Below are positions 38,189 through 50,070 of a DNA stretch of 64,000 bases, one piece after another (position 1 is the stretch's first letter; every line of letters starts with the position of its first letter). Below the pieces are notes generated by a model. That model worked only from the letters and a program-made list of their open reading frames with translations. It searched no databases and was not told the DNA's origin. A program made the translations under genes and the position numbers. The DNA lies in contig NIVC01002842.1 of the NCBI GenBank assembly GCA_002269645.1, forward strand, positions 38,981 to 102,980. Reading direction: 5' to 3'. The stretch is from Macrostomum lignano. Taxonomy: Eukaryota.

Positions 38189-39151
38189 ATGGCAACTCCA
38201 GCGAGTTCCTCACTTGGCAAGGATTTGGAGAGTCTTGGAAAAGCTTTCAATGCATGTGAGATGATAAAAGAGATTGGCGAAGAACTTAAAAAGGCAAAAG
38301 AACAACTCAAGCCAGTCGATACTAGTGCAGACACCATCAACGTGACTTTGCTGCCCTTTCGGGAATTTTAAGACGTTGTGAAGGACTGCCTTCGCATTGC
38401 CGAATCGTTGCATAGTCAAGAGGCAGGCATTGTCGAGGATCACTCAAAATGTTTCGAAGAGATGAAAAACATTGCGAATTCGGGAACTCTGACAAATGAA
38501 AATGTTGAAAGCATGACAGACGCGTTGACCAAGCTCGTCGAAGACTTCGAAAGATTCGGGCGTGACTTGGATGAATTTGTGGAGCGCATAAAAAAGTTGC
38601 AGAGAGTGTCGGAGAGAGTGAAAGATGAGGCACCTCGGGAGGAAGAGACAGTTGAAAAGAGGCGGCCAGCACGAGATCGGAGGCCGACTGGAACAATTTT
38701 TATCAATGGATGGAATTAATCACCACATTTGGCCTCATCACTCAAACTACGAGCGTAGCTACTATCAGGCCTCGGTAGATGCAAACAAGAGACGGTATGA
38801 TAGGGCAGAAGAACTGGATAATCTTTTTTAAAAGTTCGAGAAGGCTCGACAACTGCTGGACGTCGCTCTGCGAACAATCAACGGTGTTGGGAAAAGAATC
38901 GGGAGCCGTCCTGTCCAGCTTACAAAAGAAGTAATTCAGCTTATCCAATCTGTTCTCCAACAATATCAGAAGATTGCTGAAGCTCAGCAACAGGCTCTCC
39001 AAGCTCAGAAGAAAAGCATTGAAGCGGAGGAGAAAGCCGCTAGAGCAGAGCAGGAGGCCGCTGAATTGAAGAAGAAGGAAGCCGAAGCGCAGGCAGAAAA
39101 TGAACGCCTGCGAAGAGAGCTGGAGGAGTTGAAAAAAACCAAGGAAAGTAG
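38189..39151 (+). pseudogene. Orphan helical/coiled-coil protein, disrupted copy 1
   Basis: Homologous to 46671-47567 (MATPAS...KNIANSGTLT...LQRVSERVKDEA...GSRPVQLT). Stops at 38369 and 38829, plus frameshifts. Confidence 0.75.
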
Positions 39152-39375
39152 CCAGCTGATCGGCTTTATCTTGATATTTCAACTCGCCTGATATATTTTA
39201 ATTGTTAAGTACGATATGTATTCCAATTCGTCAATATTTATACTGAAATAGTAGCTTGTACTGTAGTGTATTATTTGGACTTTTATTTTTTATCTGCAAG
39301 TGTGTGAGACTCACAAGTTATCCTTAACGATATGATTGATTGCCTGAAATCTCTCTTTATTTGGCCGGCCATAGG

Positions 39376-39943
39376 TAACCAACAGTTCAGTAACCAATAG
39401 TTCAGTGACCAATAGTTCAGTGACCAACAGTTCAGTGACCAACAGTTCAGTGACCAACAGTTCAGTGACCAACAGTTCAGTGACCAACAGTTCAGTGACC
39501 AACAGTTCAGTGACCAACAGTTCAGTGACCAACAGTTCAGTGACCAATAGTTCAGTGACCAACAGTTCAGTGACCAATAGTTCAGTGACCAACAGTTCAG
39601 TGACCAATAGTTCAGTGACCAACAGTTCAGTGACCAATAGCTAGTTCAGTGACCAACAGTTCAGTGACCAATAGCTAGTTCAGTGACCAACAGTTCAGTG
39701 ACCAATAGCTAGTTCAGTGACCAATAGTTCAGTGACCAACAGTTCAGTGACCAACAGTTCAGTGACCAACAGTTCAGTGACCAACAGTTCAGTGACCAAT
39801 AGTTCAGTGACCAACAATTCAGTGACCAACAGTTCAGTGACCAATAGTTCAGTGACCAACAGTTCAGTGACCAACAGTTCAGTGACCAACAGTTCAGTGA
39901 CCAACAGTTCAGTGACCAACAGTTCAGTGACCAACAATTCAGT
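39376..39943. repeat. 15-bp minisatellite AGTTCAGTGACCAAC
   Basis: About 37 units. Confidence 0.96.
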
Positions 39944-40746
39944 AAGAAATGCCTGGCTCAGACATTTGGCCACCTCAAAGTCCTCTCATCTGGCGGTAGG
40001 CCCTTACTGGAATCGAAAACATCAAAATCATGTAGACAGTCAGTGCTCACCTGGGAATTTCAGTCAATCTACCAAACTCCATCCATAAGCATCTGTCTGG
40101 CTACCCATTGTAGGATTGGGATGTACATTTAAGAGGGAAGTTCCACCTTTTACGAGCGCATGCAGTACAGTACAATGTACAATCGTACTGCAATGGATAC
40201 TGAGACAAAGGAGAGTGCATATCAAGCAATAGCAATTAGGAGGAACTTCCTCCTGGGCATTTTTAGCGATCCTACGCAAATTGAGTAAGCCATATTGAAT
40301 AGCTTTTGTAATGCTAAATGTAAAGGACTTGGCGTTATGCATACAAATAACCTTGGAAGTTTTTTTAAGTTCCATTGTCCGATAGTTATTCTACTAAGCA
40401 GATCTTCAATGCGTTCCTGGAAATGTTCTCAGGTCTTGCTTACGACTTAGTTTATATAGGTCAGAGTAGGGGTTTTTTAAATACGTTTTAGATACGAGTA
40501 GCTAGTATCTACATTTGGACAATTATTTTACAGCTGCACGGATTTTCTCCAATCTGAGAACTCTCCTCAGATCTCAGCACCAAGTGACGAACGCAATTTA
40601 CACCACGCACGCGGTTCTTTGTTGTCTCAACTGTGTGGAAGATGCAATTGCGTCACAATGTCCCAGGAGAGACTGGAGAATTGTGGCTAAGAGTTGGATT
40701 AAAGCTAAAACATGTTGCTGGGCTGTGAATGGGTGGACTCAGACAC

Positions 40747-41000
40747 TGTCGTGTCGTGGCTGGCTAGCCAAACTTGAGCCGCAAATGGGCGAGAGGTTGT
40801 TATTTATTGTAGTTGGCATTGCACATAGATGTACATGCAGATACGAGTAAAGCATCAGCTAATAGATTAGACGGTTAGGCATAAGCGTACATTGACAGAC
40901 AGAGCAGGCGGGGAGAGAGCAAGCAGTCCTAAACTCAGCGCCAATAACAATTGGGGTGCAGCCCCACACTGCGCACTTCAAGTCAAGTCACGATACAACA
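40747..41000 (-). repeat. 3' LTR
   Basis: Identical to 44873-45126 by direct comparison. Confidence 0.97.
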
Positions 41001-44000
41001 TCCCCTCATCACCAACGAGGAGACAGTCGGTCTGGGGCGACCCCTTTGGTCGACCTGCAGCTTCGTCGGGGCTCCGGTGTAGCTTCAGCGGCCTGCTGCG
41101 GTGGTGCCGCTGCGTCTGGCCGCTGGCTATCAGGTTCCGGCCGCCTTCGTCAGGGTTCCGGCCGCCTTCGTCAGGGTTCCGGTCGCCGTCGTCAGGGCTC
41201 CGGCCGGCATCGTCAGGGTCCCGGCCGCTGTCGTCAGTGTTGTCCGTAACTTCCGCCCGGCTTGGACTCGGACGCAAGCGCAGCTGATCCCGGTGTGCCA
41301 GCACAGGCCTGTCATCCTTGTCCCGGGTGACCACGGCCGTGTTGTGGCCGGCCTGTACCACAAAGCGGACGGTCTCAGCCGGCCCCCCTGGCCGCGACTG
41401 GTAGACGAGCGGCGCATCGGTGTCGAATTGGAGGGTCAGCGGACTTCGCAGCTGTCGCCCCATAAGCGCAGATGGACTGCCACGCCCGTCGCCCCGCGGA
41501 GTGGCCCGGTAGTTAAGCAGCAGCTTGGCGAGGTACGCGTCGAACCGGCCCTGGTGCACGGCGAAGGCCCGCAGCCCCTTCTTGACGGTCTGGACCATGC
41601 GCTCGGCGCACCCGTTTGACTGCGGATGATACGGCGGCGAGTGCATCGGCGAGCAGCCGATCTTCTTGAGCCACTCGTGCAGCTGCTGGTCACGGAACTC
41701 CGGAGCATTGTCCGCCACTAAGGTATGCGGCACACCCAGGCGGGAGAAAATCAGGCGGAGTACCTTGATGACCGTCGTCGCGCTCTTGTCGGCAACAGGC
41801 ACCGCTTCCGGCCAGCCGGAGAAGGCGTCCACCACAATGAGCAGCAGGCCGAAGCCGGGAACGTGAGCATGGTCCATGTGCACGCGTCTCCAGGGACCAT
41901 CTTCAGCCGGCCAGGTGTGGCACGTTCTGGCAGGCATTGGACGGATCTCCGCGCATCGCTGGCATCGCTTGACGAAGTTTTCGACGTCCTCGCAGTGACC
42001 CGGCCACCAGGCTTCCAGCTTGAGTCGATTTCTTGTCGCTAGGGCACCGCCGTGCGAGTCGCCGTGAGCCGCTCGCAGCACGTCTTGCCGCAGCCGGCTA
42101 GGCGGGACCACCAGGTCTCTCAGGCAGACGACGCCATTCTCCACTGAGAGCTGCTGGCGGACGGCTTTATACGGTCGCTCCGCTGCCGAGCAGTTGTTCC
42201 ACGCATTGCTGCGGATCCTGCGCTTGACGCTGGCGAGCACCGGGTCATTGTCAGTGGCGTCTCTGATCTGCTCCAGCTTGAGCACCTCCGTCTCTGTCCA
42301 GTGAACGAAGCTTTCCTGGCAGTCGTCTTCATCGCCTTCCTCCTTGAATTCAATTCGAGACAGCGCGTCGACATGCGGGATGCAGCTGCCCTTGATGTAC
42401 GAGATTTCGTAGTCGAAGGCCGACAGCTGCAACGCCCAGCGCATGATCCTAGCCGATGTGACCTTTGGAAGCTCCCGAGACGGACTAAAAATGAACTCCA
42501 ATGGTTGATGATCGCACTGGAGCACAAACTTGCTGCCGAGAAGAAAGTGTCTGGCTCTCTGAGTGGCCCACACCACAGCCAGGGCCTCTCGCTCGATATT
42601 CGAGTAATTTCTCTCAGCCGGTGTCAGCCGTCTTGACAGGTACATCACTGGGTGCTCGTCCTGAGAGAGGATTGCTGCTATGGCCTTTTCGCTGGCGTCA
42701 GTAGTCAGAGTTGTGCGCTTTCTTGCGTCGAAGATTCGGACCACTGGGGAAGCTGCAAGCGCCTGCTTGAGCTCGTCAAACGCTTTCTGCTGCCGAGGTC
42801 CCCAATGGAACGCGACTTTCTTGCTCCGCAGCTCGGTCAGCGGCTCGGTCTTCTCCGAGTAGGACTTGATGTAGCGCGAGTAGTACACCGTCATTCCTAG
42901 AAACGATTCGAGTTCCTTTTTGCTCGCCGGGGTGCTCACGCCGAGGATTTTCTCCACCAGCTTCCGATCCGGGCGCACACCGTCAGCCGCGATGCGGTAG
43001 CCAAGGAAACTGATTTCCGTGCTGCGGAAAACGCACTTTTTTTCGTTGATTGACATGCCGGCATCAGAAAGCGCTCTCAGCAGGTCCCGGACTTTGCTGT
43101 CCAATTCGTCCGCTGTGGTGGCGCCAACGCACATGTCGTCTTGGTAGATCACCAGGTTGCTGACCGCACCGCCGACCGTTGCCTCCATGGCAGCCTGGAA
43201 CTGCGCACTGGCCGTCTTCACCCCGTATGGCATGCGCGTCCATCTGAGCAGGCCTAGGGGCGTGTTGATGGTGAGTATTTCTCTGGAGGCCTCGTCTAGC
43301 TCAATCTGGTTGTAGGCATTTGTTAAGTCTACAATTGCGAAGTGCTTCATACCTGCCAGGGCACTGAAGGCTTGCTCGATGTTGGGCAGTGGGTAGGCGT
43401 CAGAGCAGATCTTCGGGTTCACCCCGACCTTGTAGTCGGAGCAGATTCTCAGGTCTCCGTCGGCCTTGCGCACCACCACAATGGGCGATGCCCAACTGCT
43501 GCCGCCTGGCGGCACGGGCTCGAGGATCCCGGCGTCGATCATCGTCCGCAGCTTAGCCACCACCAGCGGCTTGAGATGAATCGGGAGCGGCCGGGCATCG
43601 AAGAAGCTGGGCTGAGCGTTCTCCCTGAGCAGGACCCGAGCACGGAAACCTTTGAGCTTGCCTAGCGGTTTGCTGCTGCGCTCCACTTGATTGACAGTCG
43701 CTGTGTCCAGCTTGAAGTCCAGCACGTCTGTTCCGATGAGGCCGTGCTCCTTTGTGCATTCGGTGACCGTCACGTCCGCACAGGCGATTTGTCTCCCGAC
43801 TTCGATGAGCGCCGTGAAGCATCCTCTAGTTCTGATGACCGTTCCGTCAAATTGTCGCAGTCTCAGCTTGGACTTTCGTAGCTTGGGCTCACCGAGGCTC
43901 CTCCAGAAGTTTATCGGAATGATGCTCGCACCGGATCCAGAGTCGAGCTGCATTTTGAACGGCTTGCCTTCAATGAGCACAGTTTTTATGCTGCCGCTTC

Positions 44001-44872
44001 CGCTCTCGTTGCCGACGATGGTGTAGATGCCTGCCTGCTCACACTCACTCGTGTCGATTTCATGGGCAGGTGCAACCGACTTGGACTTGGCGCTGCTCCT
44101 GCAGACTGCAGCAAAGTGGTTCCTGCGGTGGCACTTGTTACAGGTCTTCCCGAATGCAGGGCATTTGCCTGGCTGGTGCTGCAGACCACACGACCTGCAC
44201 TGAGCACCGCTATTGCGGTTCCTGTCGATGCTGGCAACTGGTGTCGAACTCTCAGCCGTCTCGGAGCTTCTGCTAGGCTCTCGGGCTTCAGCAGATCGGT
44301 CGCTTGAGCTGTAGCTCTGGATGAGCTCTAACTGCTGGATGTACTGCAGACACGTGTCCAGAGTCACTGGATTCTCAGAGCTCTGAATGTGCTCAAGTGT
44401 TTTAGTCCGCTGGCTGTGGTCGCACAAGCCGCTGATCAGCAGTGTTTGGATCAAGTCATCCTCGGCTGACGGTTTGCAGTCTTTTTCGTTGAGCTTGTCA
44501 AACTCACAGTGCTTTGCCGCGTCTCTCAAGCGCTCCGCGAACTGCTGGGCCGACTCTGTTGACAGCTGCCGCTGGGACATGAACCTTGTGCGCTCTGCAA
44601 TCACCAGTTTCTTTTTGGGCTGGAGTCGCCCGATGATCATTTTCTTGATGTCCTTGAAGGTCATATCCTCAATGTTTTTCGGCTTTGCCATGATAGAGAC
44701 GGATCGGACTGCATTGATTCCTGCTCGAGCAAGGAAGAGGTCTGTCACCTGCTTCTCTTCGTTTGTATCTTGCAGTTTTTTTGTGCCTGCACAGTGCTTC
44801 AAAACTTTGCAGCCAGGCCTCAGCCATGGCTGGATCATTGAGAGGTAATTCACTGGCTGCTTGCGACGCCAT
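40978..44872 (-). CDS. Gag-Pol polyprotein (about 1298 aa if one A-run indel near 44775 is corrected)
   Basis: Tandem CCHC knuckles (CRSCGLQHQPGKC, CNKCHRRNHFAAVC), protease LDSG, RT YQDD, RNase H TTDAS, and integrase HHCC plus D-D-E (VHMD, VADNAPEF, HPQSNGCAER). Confidence 0.95.
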
Positions 44873-45126
44873 TGTCGTGTCGTGGCTGGCTAGCCAAACT
44901 TGAGCCGCAAATGGGCGAGAGGTTGTTATTTATTGTAGTTGGCATTGCACATAGATGTACATGCAGATACGAGTAAAGCATCAGCTAATAGATTAGACGG
45001 TTAGGCATAAGCGTACATTGACAGACAGAGCAGGCGGGGAGAGAGCAAGCAGTCCTAAACTCAGCGCCAATAACAATTGGGGTGCAGCCCCACACTGCGC
45101 ACTTCAAGTCAAGTCACGATACAACA
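44873..45126 (-). repeat. 5' LTR
   Basis: Identical to 40747-41000. Confidence 0.97.
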
Positions 45127-46474
45127 GAGATCTTTTCTCAGATTTTCGGTAAGAGTGACGCGATTCAAACCCACGGTCTTCACGCTACAATCGTGGTGAA
45201 AACGGAGAGATTAAAAGTGAACCAATAGGGCTTATTCATGGAGTAAAAGAAAGGCCTATGCACCATGGACATTGGATTTAAGCTGCTACTCAATTTTCTA
45301 TTCTGTGCACACGTGATGGCTCCTGGCCACATGACAGGCTGTGGGAGATGGCGCGCTGCGGACATGCTGGAAGTGTTCATGTTAACGCGGCCTGTCGCTT
45401 GCCAATATGGTCGATTGTGCAGTGCAAACTGGAGACTGCAGAGACAGTGTGGAGACAGGCAGCATCTGGAATTCGGTGCTGGATCGGCCGTTTTTTTCGA
45501 TAAATTTGTTTAGTTTCAGCCCGTGTTGGGCCCGTGAGGACAAACAAGCCGGAGAAAGAAACCTAAGTTGGTCGTGTCGCCAGTGCATTCAGTATGCTCC
45601 AGAGAACGCATAGCGCTGAATGAGGTTTGGCCATAGACAAATTCGATTAAAAAGCATCTGCGCCAGAAAGATCCGACTTCTTCAGAGCCAGATTTGTTCC
45701 AGAGGATATCAGGCATATTGTTTTTAATTACATAGCACTGCAAAGAGCTCTACTAAACTATGCTTTTCTCAATTAGCTTAGGATTGCAACAGGTATCAGC
45801 ATGAAATTCCCTTTTTATTCTTACAGTGCACACCTCTAATGCTTTTGCTTGCTGTTGCTTGTTGTGCACGCTACTTTGATTCAGTATCCATTGCACGCTG
45901 CGTTTTGCAAGATGTTTGTTATACTGAACCATATTGGCTACTGAACTTTTGGTCACTGAACTTAGTGAACTATTGGCTACTTGAGCATGTCTCATTAGTA
46001 AAATGCTGAAAACGCGATGCTTTCACAACGCTTTGCAAGATGCTGGATGAAATACTGGTTTTTACGAGCGTATTGAATAACAACTAAAATCAAGCAAAAA
46101 AGTGTAAGCAATGGCCGGCCAAATAAAGAGAGAAATTTCAGACAGTGAACCATATCGGTAAGGATAACTATTGAAGCTGTCACGCACCTGCAGATAAAAA
46201 ATGAAAGAGCAAATAAAACATGACAAGAGAAGTTTATATTTTTACAAATATTTACCAATTAGTACAAGTATCATAAGTTGACAATGAAAAATCTCAGGTG
46301 AGTTGAAATATTAGGTTAAAAAGGAGACACACTGAAGCTGGTGATTTTACGCTCGCATGTAATTACTGTAATAATCACGTAATAATCATGTAACAATCAC
46401 GTGCATTATTCGCAAAAAACCATAAAGCAATACGATTTCACGGCTTCATTCGTTAGTCAAAATCTGAAGTAAAA

Positions 46475-46614
46475 TTTTTTTGAATTTTGAATTTGAATTA
46501 GAATTTTGAATTTTGAATTTGAATTTTGAATTTTGAATTTTGAATTTGAATTTTGAATTTTGAATTTTGAATTTGAATTTGAATTTTGAATTTTGAATTT
46601 GAATTTTGAATTTG
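46475..46614. repeat. (TTTGAA/TTTTGAA)n simple repeat
   Basis: Direct inspection. Confidence 0.9.
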
Positions 46615-46670
46615 AAGTAATTGAAAATTATTTCAGTCAACGAGTCCAGAATAAGAAGCCGATCAGCTAG

Positions 46671-47567
46671 CTACTTTCCCAGGTTTTTTCTCATCTCCTC
46701 CATCTCCCTGCGCATGTGTTCCATTTCTTCCTGCATTTTAGCAGCCTCCTGCTGAGCTTGGAGAGCCTGTTGCTAAGACTCAGCAATTTTCTCGTATAGC
46801 AGGAGAAAAGCTCGGATAACCTGAGTTACTTCTTCTGTAAGCTGGACAGGACGGCTCCCGACATTTTTCGCAACACGGTTGATTTTTCGAAAAGCGTCGT
46901 CCAGCAGTTCTCGAGCATTCTCGAACGGTAGAGAAATTTTATCCAGCTCATCTGCCCTCTCATACCGTTCGTTGTTCGCCTTTACCGAGTCCTGGAAGCT
47001 GCTACCTAGAGTGATGAGGCCCAGTGTGGCAATGCCGGCCGTCCATTGGAGAAGACTTTCCGACTGGGCCCCCGATCTCGCGCTGGCCGCCTCTTGTTTA
47101 ACTTTCTGTTCCTCCCAAGTTGCCTCATCCTTCACTCTCTCCGACACTCTCTGCAACTCATTTACGCGCTCCACAAATTCACCCAATTCACGTCCAAATC
47201 CTTCAAAGTTTTCGACGAGCTTGGTCAATGTGTCCTTCATGCTTTCGGAATTTTCAGTTGTCAGAGTTCCCGAATTCGCAATGTTTTTCAGCCCTTCAAG
47301 ACATTTTAAGTAATCCTTGTAAATGCCTGATACTTTAATAATCAACGATTCGGCAGTGCGAATGCAGTCCTTCAGAGTGCTTCTGAATTCAACAATTAAT
47401 GGCAAATTCGAGTTGATAACTTCTGTATTAATATCTACAGAATAAAGATGTTCTTTTGGAATTATAAGTGCTACGCCAATCTTTCGTATCTTCTCACGTG
47501 CAAGAAATAAAGCTTTTCCAAGAATCTCCAAATCCTTGCTCAGTGACGGACTCGCTGGAGTGGCCAT
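46671..47567 (-). CDS. Orphan helical/coiled-coil protein copy 2 (264 aa to TAG at 46773; homologous frame continues 33 aa further)
   Basis: ATG at 47567 follows a CCCTTTAG acceptor and the frame is open. The TAG at 46773-46775 aligns with CAG in copy 1. Central hydrophobic segment WTAGIATLGLITLG. Confidence 0.6.
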
Positions 47568-48138
47568 TTGCCTAAAGGGCAAAGTCAAATCATGTCAAAG
47601 AAGATGGTAAAGAAGGTAATCAATGAGAGAAGCAGGTAAAAGCGCCGTTTATCAGTTTAGAGAGATGCCTATGATAATAGCAAGTTTGTCATACTCGTAC
47701 CTGGAATTGAGACGCTCTCGTGGCTGTTCTGCACTCGCAACTTTATAGGTGCTTAGATTTCTTTGGTATTATATTGCTCAACCATTTTTATCTATGAATC
47801 TTATGCTTATCCGAAGTAGAAGTTCCCTTTCTCTTTCTCCTATTCGGTCTTGCAGTTCTCCATCGTGCCTGTACGAGTATTCGCACATATAGAGGGTGAC
47901 AAAATTTTGCAGTACGAGTACACTTAATGTGCTCGGTTGATGCACAGTGGAAAAAAAAGAAGTTTATATAAACCGTACTCATTCAGTTGTGCATTTTTAC
48001 ATTGATGCTGCAAGCGGGACAATCCAGTGCCTACCTGCCTTCTGGCCCTGTCTTTCATTCACATTCCACTCTAATAAAAAATAATAGAAAAACGAATGGA
48101 AAATAAGAATGTTTCTGCTGTGTCACTGACTCACTACC

Positions 48139-49175
48139 ATATCTCCCGCGTTCCCTAGTTAGTGGTACCTAAGCCACAATGTCTCCAGTGTTCCCAGGCT
48201 AGTGGTACCTATGCTACAATATCTCCAGTGTTCCCATGCTAGTGGTACCTAAGCCACAATGTCTCCACTGTTCCCAGGCTAGTGGTACCTAAGCCACAAT
48301 GTCTCCACTGTTCCCAGGCTAGTGGTACCTAAGCCACAATGTCTCCAGTGTTCCCATGCTAGTGGTACCTAAGCCACAATGTCTCCACTGTTCCCAGGCT
48401 AGTGGTACCTAAGCCACAATGTCTCCACTGTTCCCAGGCTAGTGGTACCTAAGCCACAATGTCTCCAGTGTTCCCATGCTAGTGGTACCTAAGCCACAAT
48501 GTCTCCACTGTTCCCAGGCTAGTGGTACCTAAGCCACAATGTCTCCACTGTTCCCATGCTAGTGGTACCTAAGCCACAATGTCTCCAGTGTTCCCATGCT
48601 AGTGGTACCTAAGCCACAATGTCTCCAGTGTTCCCAGGCTAGTGGTACCTAAGCCACAATGTCTCCACTGTTCTCAGGCTAGTGGCACCTAAGCCACAAT
48701 ATCTCCACTGTTCTCAGGCTAGTGGCACCTAAGCCACAATATCTCCACTGTTCCCAGGCTAGTGGCACCTAAGCCACAATATCTCCACTGTTCTCAGGCT
48801 AGTGGCACCTAAGCCACAATATCTCCACTGTTCCCAGGCTAGTGGCACCTAAGCCACAATATCTCCACTGTTTCCAGGCTAGTGGTACCTAAGCCACAAT
48901 ATCTCCACTGTTCCCAGGCTAGTGGCACCTAAGCCACAATATCTCCACTGTTCCCAGGCTAGTGGCACCTAGGCCACAATATCTCCACTGTTCTCAGGCT
49001 AGTGGCACCTAAGCCACAATATCTCCACTGTTCCCAGGCTAGTGGCACCTAAGCCACAATATCTCCACTGTTCTCAGGCTAGTGGCACCTAAGCCACAAT
49101 ATCTCCACTGTTCCCAGGCTAGTGGCACCTAAGCCACAATATCTCCACTGTTCCCAGGCTAGTGGCACCTAAGCC
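48139..49175. repeat. 40-bp minisatellite CTAGTGGTACCTAAGCCACAATGTCTCCACTGTTCCCAGG
   Basis: About 25 units. Confidence 0.96.
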
Positions 49176-49860
49176 AGGCTTTAAACAGAGTCCGAAAATA
49201 ACTTAGAAAAGTGGAGAGTCCCTCTTTAGTTAGGAATTCTCAGCATGAAAAAATACAGAACACAGGCTTTGTGGGAACAGAGAACTTCTGCCGATGGGGA
49301 TCTGGAGTGAAGCCTGGCTTAGCAGCCCTGCATGTCTGCTTTTTACCTCTTCTACCCTCTTCGTCCTGCTTGGGCAGTTGCCACAGCAACTAAACTCAAC
49401 TAATAGAAAGGCAGATTCTGCTTGCTGCAATCGCAAGTGGGACCAATCTATCAACTAAACAGCTTTAATATGTTATTTAAACTCTTACTAAACACCGTAT
49501 AGCCTACGGGAACAATTGGGTTGACTTGACTATTGCGCTTCTTCTTGAAGAGTCCTGCCTGCGTTTACGATGCATCGGAATAATTTAACGTCACTACTAT
49601 TCCACAAATTTTGTTGCACTTTTGTGCTCATTAGTTTCAGTCCGGAGTGAAAAAAGCTGGCAAAATATTCACGGTAAAGATGTTGAGTTGCTTTTTGAAG
49701 AAGCGCTACTCATCTCAAACTCACAGACTCATAAAGCATCATAGAGCCTAGTATGAATAGGAATGCTTGTAGCATTTCAATACCGCTCATTGCTCCAGTA
49801 TAAAATTAGTGGTCACTTTGAGTCACGACACTCCAATATTGATTGAAGAATTCCGTGCAT

Positions 49861-50070
49861 GGACAGCTGAAGTAGGAGGATGCAACACAACACTGAATAG
49901 GATTTAGCCATAGACAAATCAGACAGCTGAAGTAGGAGGATGCAACACAGCTCTGAATAGGATTTAGCCATAGACAAATCAGACAGCTGAAGTAGAAGGA
50001 TGCAACACAGCGCTGAATGGGGTTTAGCCATAGACGAATCAGACAGCTGAAGTAGAAGGATGCAACACAG
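49861..50070. repeat. 60-bp tandem repeat, about 3.5 copies
   Basis: GACAGCTGAAGTAGGAGGATGCAACACA... at 49862, 49922, 49982 and 50042. Confidence 0.9.

Larger units (their letters stand above)
40747..45126 (-). mobile_element. Full-length Ty3/Gypsy LTR retrotransposon (Mag-like), 4380 bp
   Basis: Two 254-bp TG...CA LTRs; PBS-like TGGCGTCGCAAGCAG directly after the 5' LTR; purine tract next to the 3' LTR; gag-PR-RT-RNase H-IN order. Confidence 0.97.
40395..45400 (+). mobile_element. Degenerate piggyBac-like transposase relic interrupted by the Gypsy element
   Basis: Fragments SGLAYDLVYIGQ (about 40430) and YLHLDNYFTAARIFSNL (40506-40556) resemble piggyBac motifs. A weak VNAA.RL-like piece lies after the Gypsy element. 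TIRs and TTAA sites were not found. Confidence 0.4.

Noticed and set aside
39311-40088. VTELL and VTNSS repeat ORFs (mucin-like)
   Set aside because: Translations of the 15-bp minisatellite.
41101-44848. Plus-strand ORFs within the Gypsy element
   Set aside because: Antisense shadows of GC-rich pol, with no independent motifs.
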